DNA of 64,000 bases from Mustelus asterias (Eukaryota). The notes beneath the pieces are model-generated. The model was given only the letters and a program-made list of their open reading frames with translations, searched no databases and was not told the DNA's origin. Numbering within the stretch: position 1 is the first letter of the stretch; the number at the start of each line of letters is the position of its first letter. The DNA lies in the NCBI RefSeq assembly GCF_964213995.1, contig NW_027590117.1, positions 2,480,001 to 2,544,000 on the forward strand. The letters run 5' to 3'. Made by a program: the position numbers and the translations under genes. This document shows, in pieces, positions 50,425 to 60,810 of this stretch.

Positions 50425-52019
50425 ATAGAACATAGAACATAGAAAGTCACAGCACAAACAGGCCCTTCGGCCCACAAGTTGCGCCGATCACATCCCCACC
50501 TCTAGGCCTATCTATAGCCCTCAATCCCATTAAATCCCATGTACTCATCCAGAAGTCTCTTAAAAGACCCCAACGAGTTTGCCTCCACCACCACCGACGT
50601 CAGCCGATTCCACTCACCCACCACCCTCTGAGTGAAAAACTTACCCCTGACATCCCCCCTGTACCTACCCCCCAGCACCTTAAACCTGTGTCCTCTCGTA
50701 GCAACCATTTCAGCCCTTGGAAATAGCCTCTGAGAGTCCACCCTATCCAGACCCCTCAACATCTTGTAAACCTCTATCAGGTCACCTCTCATCCTTCGTC
50801 TCTCCAGGGAGAAGAGACCAAGCTCCCTCAACCTATCCTCATAAGGCATGCCCCCCAATCCAGGCAACATCCTTGTAAATCTCCTCTGCACCCTTTCAAT
50901 GGCTTCAACATCTTTCCTGTAATGAGGTGACCAGAACTGCGCGCAGTACTCCAAGTGGGGTCTAACCAGGGTCCTATAAAGCTGCAGCATTATCTCCCGA
51001 CTCCTAAACTCAATCCCTCGATTAATGAAGGCTAGTACGCCATACGCCTTCTTGACCGCATCCTCCACCTGCGAGGCCGATTTAAGAGTCCTATGGACCC
51101 GGACCCCAAGGTCCTTCTGATCCTCTACACTGCTAAGAATGGTACCCTTCATTTTATACTGCTGCTCCATCCCATTGGATCTGCCAAAATGGATCACTAC
51201 ACACTTATCCGGGTTGAAGTCCATCTGCCACTTCTCCGCCCAGTCTTGCATTCTATCTATGTCTCGCTGCAACTTCTGACATCCCTCCAAACTATCCACA
51301 ACACCACCTACCTTGGTGTCGTCAGCAAACTTACCAACCCATCCCTCCACTTCCTCATCCAGGTCATTTATGAAAATGACAAACAGCAAGGGTCCCAGAA
51401 CAGATCCCTGGGGCACTCCACTGGTCACTGACCTCCATGCAGAGAAAGACCCCTCCACAGCCACTCTCTGCCTTCTGCAGGCAAGCCAGTTCTGGATCCA
51501 CAAGGCAACAGCCCCTTGGATCCCATGCCCTCTCACTTTCTCAAGAAGTCTTGCATGGGGGACCTTATCGAACGCTTTGCTGAAGTCCATATAGACCACA
51601 TCCACCGCTCTTCCTTCGTCAATGTGCTTGGTCACATTTTCAAAGAACTCAACCAGGCTCGTAAGGCACGACCTGCCCCTGACAAAGCCGTGCTGACTAC
51701 TTTTGATCATACTAAACTTCTCTAGATGATCATAAATCCTGTCTCTCAGGATCCTCTCCATCAACTTACCAACCACTGAGGTTAGACTCACCGGTCGGTA
51801 ATTTCCCGGGCTGTCCCTGTTCCCTTTCTTGAATATAGGGACCACATCCGCAATCCTCCAATCCTCCGGAACCTCTCCCGTCTCCATCGACGATGCAAAG
51901 ATCATCGCCAAAGGCTCCGCAATCTCCTCCCTCGCCTCCCACAGTAACCTGGGGTACATCCCATCCGGTCCCGGCGACTTACCAACCTTGATGCCATTCA
52001 ATAGTTCCAACACATCCTC
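50425..52019 (-). mobile_element. 5'-truncated CR1 LINE with intact RT frame (501 aa), TSD TTAAC
   Basis: KSPGPDG, PIFKKG..NYRPVSLTS, DFSKAFDKV, GVPQGSVLGP, FADD; (GAACATA)n tail; splits the Penelope frame KHVK|EAIPY. Confidence 0.95.
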
Positions 52020-52334
52020 TTAACGTGTTTAGGGTGGAAGCTGGAGAAGTGGAGCATCGTGAGGTTATCCATGGGCTTGCGGTACAGTGAGGTGCTGAGG
52101 TGATTGTCCTTAATGGAGATGCATGTGTCCAAGAATGCAACCAATTCCGGAGAGTAGTCCATGGTGAGTCTGATGGTGGGATGGAACTTGTTGATGTCAT
52201 CATCTTGTTGTTGCAGTGATTGTTCACCATGAGTCCAAAGGAAGAAAATGTCATCGATGAATCTAGTGTATACCATCGGTTGAAGGTCCTGTGTGGTGAA
52301 GAAGCCTTGTTCGCACCTGTGCATGAAGATGTTG

Positions 52335-52492
52335 TAAGAAGTTTAACAACACCAGGTTAAAGTCCAACAGGTTTATTTGGTAACAAAAGCAAAAGTGTGG
52401 CTTTTGCTACCAAATAAACCTGTTGGACTTTAACCTGGTGTTGTTAAACTTCTTACTGTGTTTACCCCAGTCCAACGCCGGCATCTCCACAT
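52335..52492. mobile_element. Penelope terminal-repeat hairpin element inserted into the Penelope RT, TSD CATGAAGATGTTG
   Basis: 13-bp direct repeats at 52322-52334 and 52493-52505; ~50-bp inverted arms. Confidence 0.82.
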
Positions 52493-53094
52493 CATGAAGA
52501 TGTTGGCATATTGAGATGCGAATTTGGTCCCCATGGCTGTTCCGTGTGTCTGGATGAAGAACTGGTTGTTGAAGGTGAAGACATTATGGTCCAGGATGAA
52601 GCGGATGCATTGTAAAATTGCATCTGGAAACTGGCAGTTGTCAGCGTTGAGTACTGAGGCCGCTGCAGCAATGCCATCATCGTGGGGGATGCTGATGGGG
52701 GTTGCTACGGCATCCCCTCCGGAGCTTTCAACATGTCATTGATGAAGACGAACATCTCGCCAAGGCCATCCCCACACCCCGACTTCTTGCCCTCAAACAA
52801 CCACACAAAGTCAAACAGACCATTGTCCGCAGCAAACTACCCAACCTTCAGAGGAACAGTGACCACAACACCACACAACCCTGCCACAGCAAGCATGGCA
52901 TTTGCTACAAAATAAACCTGTTGGACTTTAACCTGGTGTTGTTAAAACTCTTACTTATTTTATTGAATCAGACCTAAAAAATGAAACAAATTTCCAACCA
53001 GTCAATGTCTGTCTGAGAACTGGCAAGGAATAGGGCTGACATTGAAACGGTTCAGATTTAATTAATTACAGCAAATTGATCCTTTAGTGTAATG

Positions 53095-53256
53095 CTTTCA
53101 GAGGAACTGTCATAGTTTCTTAAAAGATCAGTTGCGCTTGTTTTTTGTTTGTTCAGTAATTTTGTGAATCTATTTGGAGCGGGTGCAGTTGGTCAGTATC
53201 TGTGCCTCTTGCTTGGCCAGCTCCGCGGCAGCAGCAGCTCCATTCCTGTCCAGATG
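53095..53256 (-). pseudogene. Heavily decayed H2B C-terminal pseudogene with stem-loop remnant
   Basis: Minus strand ctgctgctgccg-cggagctggccaagca..accaactgcacccgctccaaatag ~ [17 protein letters not shown]; then caactgatcttttaagaaac ~ caacggctcttttaagagcc. Confidence 0.72.
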
Positions 53257-53375
53257 TGTGGGCACAAATAGCAAATCCGAATTATTGTTCACTGCTGCCA
53301 TCTCCTGGCTGAACGCGAGTTGTGCAGCAAGCTAACCGTTCATTCAGAACCCTTATAGATTGAAGACAGGAGTGA

Positions 53376-53447
53376 GCGATGGTGGTATAGTGGTGAGCAT
53401 AGCTGCCTTCCACGCAGTTGACCCGGGTTCGATTCCCGGCCATCGCA
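53376..53447 (+). tRNA. tRNA-Gly (TCC)
   Basis: GCGATGGTGGTATAGTGGTGAGCATAGCTGCCTTCCACGCAGTTGACCCGGGTTCGATTCCCGGCCATCGCA, 72 nt, stems intact. Confidence 0.92.
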
Positions 53448-53768
53448 TTGAAAATTTATTTAGAAACTTATCCACGGTCTGCGTTTTAAACTGAGTGGAC
53501 AAAAACAGTTCAAACGCAAACTTCGACGACAAAGTAAAGCAGTTTTATTTTTCGGACATAAAATTCGGGTTCAATTCTTTTTTATGAAAAGTTATTCAAA
53601 TAGAAGAAGAAATCTCTGAACTAATAAATGAGTTCTCAATCAGAGACAAATATATAAAAAGGGGAAGGAACACATTTAACTCACTGATTGTAATCTCAAT
53701 AATCTTGGTGCCTGATGATGTAAATATAAACGTTACTGGGGTGGTTGCATCATTCTGACAAATAAGTA

Positions 53769-53851
53769 GTTGTAATGGCCGAGTGGTTAAGGCGTTAGAC
53801 TTCAAATTCAACGAGGGATTTTCCGCGCAGGTTCGAACCCCGCTCGCAGCG
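53769..53851 (+). tRNA. tRNA-Ser(TGA)-type gene with mutant anticodon TCA, probably a pseudogene
   Basis: TGGCCGAGTGGTTAAGGCG D-arm, loop CT-TCA-AA (anticodon 53802-53804), long variable arm, GCAGGTTCGAAC; mismatches in acceptor, anticodon and T stems. Confidence 0.75.
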
Positions 53852-53993
53852 AGTATGATTGAAGCTGTTTACTCGGCTTTCCCAGGCACCTACTGACGTG
53901 AGAGTGAAATGCAATTTCCAGTTGTAAGTACTCTGAGTGTTGTAAACTCTAGGCCTGTTGCTGGAAGGTGAGATTCGACAGGGCATGAGGGTG

Positions 53994-54412
53994 CAGTGCC
54001 AGAATCAAGCATAAACTAAACAAGCTACAGCTTAGGGCCTCACAATCCGCAGGGGCCTCACAAAATTTCAGAAGGTTTCCAATGAAGAGAACATTTAAGG
54101 AGTGGATACCAGAAAAGAAAAAGAAAGCACCAGCTTGAAGAGCAACTCAAAAAATTACCAAAATCTATGAGAGAGATCAAGCCAGCCAAATGATAAATAT
54201 GTAATTGGTAAATGCACTCATTTGAAAATAATTTGTATTTTTCAATTTAAATACCTTGCTATTAAATAATTAAAAGGTTTTCAATTCTTTTATGGCGACC
54301 CAAGGTCCTGTTTTGGCACGCACCTTTGTGAGACCTTTTGGTGTAACTTTTTAACAAGGGGCCTCCAAGCTTTATATAGCTTAGGGCCTCACCAAGTCTA
54401 AATCCGGCACTG
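53994..54412 (+). mobile_element. Non-autonomous hAT-like DNA transposon
   Basis: TIR CAGTGCCAGAAT / ATCCGGCACTG, subterminal GGGCCTC repeats at both ends, internal SGYQKRKRKHQLEEQLKKLPK-like peptide; no clear TSD. Confidence 0.6.
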
Positions 54413-55326
54413 CCTGGCTGTGACAAGATCGGTGGAAAAACCTCAATCTGTGCTGCAACCTTTCTGAGGTTCTTTCTATGATTGTTTGTGTTTCGATATT
54501 TGATGAAAGTGAGAACTGAAAATAGATATCTGACCCGTGCAAAAGTTACTGCTGCTTCACTCAGCTCAACTCAAGGAGCAGTGCATGGATTGGGCTGTTT
54601 CTGAATGTCACAAAATTGTTTGACATCCGCTCCAATCACCCAATGAGCAGAAGCAGATTGGTGTATTACTGAAATGATCTCAAACATTGTTTGTGCTGAT
54701 AATTTTTCTTTTACGATGGTTCCTAATAATTAGTGTTTGAAAAATTATATTGATAGATTTTATATATTTTATTTCATCTGTTCCTCAGTTAAGTCAGTTA
54801 TTTTTCTGTTTGCAGGCAGATATTTGAAGGAACCAAATGATTCCTCGATGCAAGCACAATTTCATCAAGCCAGTTCCAACACAAAGCAGTTCCAGTCTCA
54901 CTCACAAAGCACAGAAATACTGCCAGCTCATTGTCACAAAGAGAAGTATTCAGCCCCAAAGGAAGAGACAACTTTTAATCCAAGAATTGAAAAGCACGAG
55001 AGGCTGATTTTTTCTCATTTCCCTCCAAAATAGGACCATAGGATCAGGAGTGGGCCATTCAGCCCATTGAGCCTGCTCCACCATCCAATCTGATCACACA
55101 CTTCAATGCCTTTTTCCTACTCGATCTCCAGATCCCTTTATGTTATTGGCATTTCAAAACCTGTTAATGTGTATTTTAAAAATACTCAATGACTAAGCTT
55201 GCACAATCCTCTGGGCTAGAGAATTCCAATGTCCCCCAGCTTACTGAGTTTTAAAAAAAAACTCTGATCTCTGTCTAAATGTGGTACCCCTAATTTTGAA
55301 ATTGTGTTTCTTGGTCCTAGACAGTC

Positions 55327-55790
55327 ATGATGTGGAGATGCAGGCGTTAGACTGGGGTAAACACAGTAAGAAGTCTAACACCAGGTTGAAGTCCAACAGG
55401 TTTATTTGGTAGCAAAAGCCACTAGCTTTCGGAACAGGCTGTTCCTTCATCAGGTGGGTGGGAGTTCTGATCAAACAGGGCACAAAGACACAAACTCAAT
55501 TTACATGAATAATTATTGGAATGTGAGTCTTTACAGCTAATCAAGTCTCAAAGGTACAGACAATGTGAGTGGAGGGAGCATTAAGCACAGGTTGAAGAGA
55601 TGTGTATTGTCTCCAGACAGGACAGCTAGTAAGATTTTGCACATCCAAGCAAGTTGTGGGGGTTACAGATAGTGTGACACAAACCCAGTTATTTGTTCTA
55701 GCTGTCCTGTCTGGAGACAATACACATCTCTTTAACCTGTGCTTCATGCTCCCTCCACTCACATTGTCTGTGTTGTCAGACTTCTTACCT
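55327..55790 (-). mobile_element. Penelope-like 3' fragment with inverted repeat and hammerhead-like core
   Basis: Terminal repeat as at 49884; CTGATGA-A-GGAACA-GCC-TGTTCC-GAAAGCTAG at 55423-55453 (-); 55558-55628 inverted at 55697-55770. Confidence 0.72.
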
Positions 55791-55954
55791 AGACAGTCAA
55801 CCAGGGGATGCATTTTACCTGCACATACCCTGTCTATGTTGTTAAGTATTATGTCAGATTCAGTGATGTACAGGACCAGTTTCTTCATAGAAGAGTCCTG
55901 CCATTGCTGCACACATCTGGCGAACATTAATTGCTTTCTCTCTATGGCAGTAAT

Positions 55955-56535
55955 AAGAACAAAGACGAACAAAGAAAATTACAGCACAGGAACAGGCCCT
56001 TCGGCCCTCCAAGCCTGCACTGACCATGCTGCCCTACTGAACTAAAATCCCCTACTCTTCCGGGGACCATATCCCTCTATTCCCATCCTATTCATGTATT
56101 TGTCCAGACGCTCCTTCAAACTCACTATCGCATCTGCTTCCACTACCTCCCCCCGGCAGCGAGTTCCTCTGTGTAAAAAAAAAAATTACATCTTCTTTAA
56201 ATCTATGCCCCCCAGGAATTGATTCTTCTACCCTGGGAAAAAGCTTCTGATCATCCACTCTGTCCATGCCTCTCATAATCTTGTAGACTTCTGTCAGGTC
56301 GCCCCTCAACCTGCGTCATTCCAATGAGAACAAACCAAGTTTCTCTAACCTCTCCTCATAGCTAATGCCCTCCAACCAGGCACCATCCTGGTAAATATTT
56401 TCTGTACCCTCTCCAAAGCTTCCACATCTTTCTGATAGTGTGGCGACCAGAATTGAACACTATCTTCCAAGTGCGGCATAACTAAGGTTCTATAAAGCTG
56501 CAACATGACTTGCAATTTTTAAACTCAATGCCCCA
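55955..56535 (-). mobile_element. CR1 LINE 3' fragment
   Basis: ORF 56088 MRGDLTEVYKIMRGMDRV; same family as 18660-19699. Confidence 0.85.
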
Positions 56536-57929
56536 AATATTCTTACTAATGTAAGGCGGGCAAAATTGCAAAGAACACTAGTTATGGTCTAACCAAGCTG
56601 CTATACAGTAAAAGTAAGACTTCACTCCTGGAAAACTCAAATCCTCCTGCAGTAAAGGCCAACATACCATTTTCAATGAGGACATCCAGGTCCCTTCATA
56701 CATCTACACTTTTGAATATCTTACCATTTAAGAAATACTCTGCACTCCCCTCGTATCAACGTGGAAAACCTCATATGGTGGCACAGTGCCAGGGACCTGG
56801 GTTCAATTCTGGCCTCAGGTCACTGTCTGTGTGGGGTTTGCACATTCTACCCATATCTGCATGGGTTTCCTTCAGGGGATTGTCAGGGGGACTAGCAGGG
56901 TAGGAATATTGTCAATGCATGCTTGATGGGCCGACTGGACTCATTCTGCACTGTCAGAACACTATTTTTCTATATTTTCCACATTTTATTCCATTTGCAA
57001 AGACTTTCCAAGGCCGCTTGATGCTGCTTTGTATCTTCCACATGACACATATTTCCACCGAGCTTTGTGTCATCTGCAAACTTGTCACTATTGCATTTGA
57101 CCTACAGGTAGATACATCACAAGATTTTAAAGTCACCCACTCACAGATATAAAACACTGTCACATTCGTCACAAATTAACTAACAATTCATCACGAGAAC
57201 AGACAAAAACTGTACAATAATTAATAAATTGCAACTAATTCACTCAGAATTTAGATAGAGAAACATGTTATATACAATCCAATTTTTCTCAATCAGTTAG
57301 ACTGAAAGATGCAATGACGATTCCCTTACTACAATCTGTAGGAATTACTTACCAGGCTCTGTATCCAGATGTTACTATTCACAGGGCTATAAATTGAATA
57401 TTATTCAATTGAAAAGAAAACAAATATCATGTATTACATTTTAAACAAGTAATTTCTAACAAAGTACCAGAATGCATGTAATTTTAAGGTTCAGAAGTAT
57501 CTCACATTTGATACAACATCAGAGACACTTGTATAAAGATTGAGTCCTGCACTCACATAGATAAGAAGAGAATCACAGATGTAAAATTAATGCTACATTC
57601 ACAAACTCTCGAGAGACGGGCAGAAGAGCAAGGTTTTCCAAAATGTACGAGAGATGGTCCACTACGGTGTGATTCCTACATCCAAACGTTCATGAGGGAA
57701 ATCATGAAACAAAATGATCTCAACACTCGCACAGTATCAGCAAGTAACATTTGTAGAACGAATCTTGCAGTCATACACAGCACCACAGAGAGATACAGTA
57801 GGAAAAGTACATCCAGATGTTGTACCGGAGACTGATGCATACAGTATGAATCGGACACTCATGTAGTTGCTCAATGACTGAGGATGGCAGAACTGAAATC
57901 AAACTCTCGTTGACTTCAAGACACTTAAG

Positions 57930-58870
57930 GTGAAACCAAAATTGTACACAGTATTCCTGCAGAGGTCTCACTAACACCGTGTAAAATTGCAACAAAATCT
58001 CCATAGTTTTGAATTCCATCCCCTTTACAGTGTTGGCCAGAATGCCCTTTGCCGCCTTAACTATTAGTTGAATCTGCCTACTAGCTTTTTTTACATTCTT
58101 GCACTAGAAACCTAGGTCCATCTGTACTTCACTCACCTGCAGCCTCTCTCCATTTAGATGATAATCTACCTTTTGTTTCTTCCTGCCACAGCACATGAGC
58201 TCACACTTACCCACATTAAACTCCATTTGCTAGATTTTCACCCAATCACCCAATCTATTTCCATTGCAGATTCGCAATATCCTCATTAAAACCTGCCCTT
58301 TCATCTATCTTTGAATAGTTGGCAAATTTGGAAACCTTACATTCCATTCCTTCTTCCACTTTAATAGTGTAAATGATCAACAATTGCAGGCCAAGAAATG
58401 ATTTCTATGATACTTCATTAGTTACATATTTGCACTTTGAAAATAATCCATTTTTTCCAACTCTGTTTTCTCTGTGATAGGCAGGTTTCAATCCGTGCTA
58501 ACACACTTTCTGCAATTCTATGGACGTTTCCTTTATGCACCAGCCTCTTATGTGGTACCTTGTCAAATGTTTTTTTGGAAATCTATATACACTATATCTA
58601 GAGGTTGATCTCTATCATTTCTCCCTGTAACATCCTCAAAGAATTCAAGTAAACTTGTCAAACATGATTTACATTTTGTAAAACCATGTTGACTCGGTTT
58701 GATTACATTCAACTTTCCAAAATGATTAGCTATTTCCTCATTGATTATTGACACCAGTGTCTTGCTAATAATAGCTGTGAAACTAACTGGCCTACAGCTC
58801 CCACCTTCTGTCATTTTCCCTTTCTTAGCAACCGAGTCACATTGGCTGTGTTCCAATCTTCTGGTAACTT
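57930..58870 (-). mobile_element. Old CR1 RT fragment
   Basis: ORF 58563 (RPVSFTA..SQHGFTK..SCLTSLLEFFE..VYIDFQK) and ORF 57771 (LVRPLQEYCVQFW). Confidence 0.78.
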
Positions 58871-59249
58871 CTTGGTACTGAGTGAGCTAGAAGCTGGGTC
58901 AATGAGTATGGGTAGATTGATAATCAATAAAGGAATCAAGGATTATGAGGATAGGGTGAGATAGTGAAATTTGGATTATCATGTCGGATCACTCATTGAA
59001 TGGTGGAGCAGAATTGAGAGTCTGAGTGGCCTACTCCTGCTCCTAATTTAATTGCTATCCCATCCTTTCTAAAAGATTGTAGCATTTTCCCTGCTGTTGA
59101 TGTCAGGCTAATGGGTCTGTGGTTTTCCCTTCTCTCTCTTCTTCAAGTAATCAGTTTATATTTACCACCTTTCAATCTGCAGGAACCATTGCCAAATCTA
59201 TAGAATTTGGAAAGATGACTACCAATGTATCCAACATCTCCAGTTTAAG

Positions 59250-59535
59250 TTTATTTATTAGCGTCACAAGTAGGCTTACATTAACACTGCAATGAAGTTA
59301 CTGTGGAAATTCCCTCGTTATCACACTCTGGTGCCTGTTCGGATACACTGAGGGAGAATTTAACATAGCCAATGCCTGTCTTTCGGACTGTGGGAGGAAA
59401 CCAGAGCAGCCGGAGGAACGTCATGCAGACACGGGGAGAACATGCAGACTCTGCACAGACACTGACCCAAGCCGGGAATTGAACCCAGGTCCCTGGCACT
59501 GTGAGGCAGCAATGCTAATCATTGTGCTGCCCCTC
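59250..59535 (-). mobile_element. HE1-like V-SINE (alternative tail)
   Basis: Reverse complement resembles 6343-6640; GGTTCAATTCC B-box and V-domain. Confidence 0.78.
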
Positions 59536-59540
59536 ATGTC

Positions 59541-59616
59541 CGGCAGCTCTGGGATTCAAACCTACACCCCCAGAGACTGCAACCTTAATCCAGCACCTTA
59601 GACCGGCCACGCTACC
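59541..59616 (-). pseudogene. tRNA-Leu(AAG) pseudogene
   Basis: GGTAGCGTGGCC----GGTCTAAGGTGCTGGATTAAGGTTGCAGTCTCTGGGGGTGTAGGTTTGAATCCCAGAGCTGCC; D-arm deletion and CpG decay. Confidence 0.78.
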
Positions 59617-60309
59617 ACCCCTTTCAAAACTCTGGAATTTACATCAGTTTATGGAGATTTATTAAATTTCAACCCCATTAATTTCTCCAGTTTTTTTTCA
59701 CTAATACTAACCTCTTTCAGTTCCTCATGCTCACTACTCCCTTGGTTCTCTCGTGTTTTTAGGGTGATTTCTGAATCTTCCTCCATGAAGACAGACACAC
59801 ATTTAGTTGATCTGCCATTTATCTGTTCCACATTATAAACTCTCCTGTCTCTGCCTGGAATTGATCACATTTGCCCTTGCTAATCTTTTCCTTTTCTAAC
59901 TTCTATGGTTTTTATGTTTCTCACCAATCTGCTCTCATATTCTATTTTCTCTTTCTTTTTTTAGTTTCTTGGTCCCCCTTTACTGAATTCTAAAACATGT
60001 TCCCAATCCTGAAGCTTTTGACTATTTTGGGCAGGATACGAGTCCCTTCCTTTGATCTGATGGAATCTTCCACTGTCCTTCTTAGCCACAGTTGCTTCGC
60101 TTTTCCTGTTGGATTTTTGTTCCTTAAAGGAATCTATAATTGTTGTATATATGTGAAATTAAAGTCTCCCAAAATTCCCAGAGGACCATAATGTTAAGAC
60201 CCAAGCCAGAAACTCCAAGGTATCTTGTCAAGTTAACCTCGACCCTAAATGTTACATTTGATTTTGGCAGTAGGGTGAGCATTATGTATTTCACTCCAGG
60301 TATGATTTA

Positions 60310-60795
60310 ATTTTGATTTGATTTATTATTGTCACATGTATTAATATACAGTGAAAAGTATTGTTTCTTGCTCGCTATACACACAAAACATACCGTTCAC
60401 AGAGAAAGAAACGAGAGTGTGCAGGATGTAGTGTTAAAGTCATAGCTAGGGTGTAGAGAACGATCAACTTAATGCAAGGTAAGTCCATTCAAAAGTCTGA
60501 CAGCAGCAGGGAAGAAGCTGTTCTTGTGTCGGTTAGTACGTACCCTGAGGCTTTTGTATCTTTTTCCCGAAGGAAGAAGGTGGAAGAGAGAATGTCCGGG
60601 GTGCGTAGGGTCCTTAATTATGCTGGCTGCTTTGCTGAGGCGGGAAGTGTAGACAGAGTCAATGGATGGGAGGCTGATTTGCATGATGGATTGGGCTACA
60701 TTCATGACAAGTTCTCCTTTACGCTTCCTGAAGTTGATGACAATCTCCTTTGTTTTGTTGACATTGAGGGACAGATTATTGTTGCCGCAACTACT
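60310..60795 (-). mobile_element. Rex1/Babar-type LINE 3' fragment (internally deleted)
   Basis: ORF 60469 (NNLSLNVNKTKEIVINFRK..LLPSGKRYKS..NSFFPAAVRLLN); (ttgat)n tail. Confidence 0.85.
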
Positions 60796-60810
60796 TAAGT
60801 GACCCACTTA

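Larger units (their letters stand above)
49884..52955 (-). mobile_element. Penelope-like retroelement (internally deleted, with inverted partial terminal repeat), hosting nested insertions
   Basis: RT motifs HGTAMGTKFASQYANIFM (~52495-52550), YTRFIDDIFFLW..FLDTCISI..LYRKP (ORF 51998), AIPYGQALHIHRICSDE (ORF 50044); 52705-52955 is an inverted copy of 49930-50185. Confidence 0.85.
54490..57925. repeat. Direct segmental duplication, copy B
   Basis: See 15160-17545; carries extra Penelope (55327-55790), CR1 (55955-56535) and SINE (56775-56955) insertions. Confidence 0.88.

Noticed and set aside
53769-53851. Selenocysteine tRNA
   Set aside because: Anticodon TCA, but the body is Ser(TGA)-type and lacks the tRNA-Sec sequence and extended acceptor/D stems
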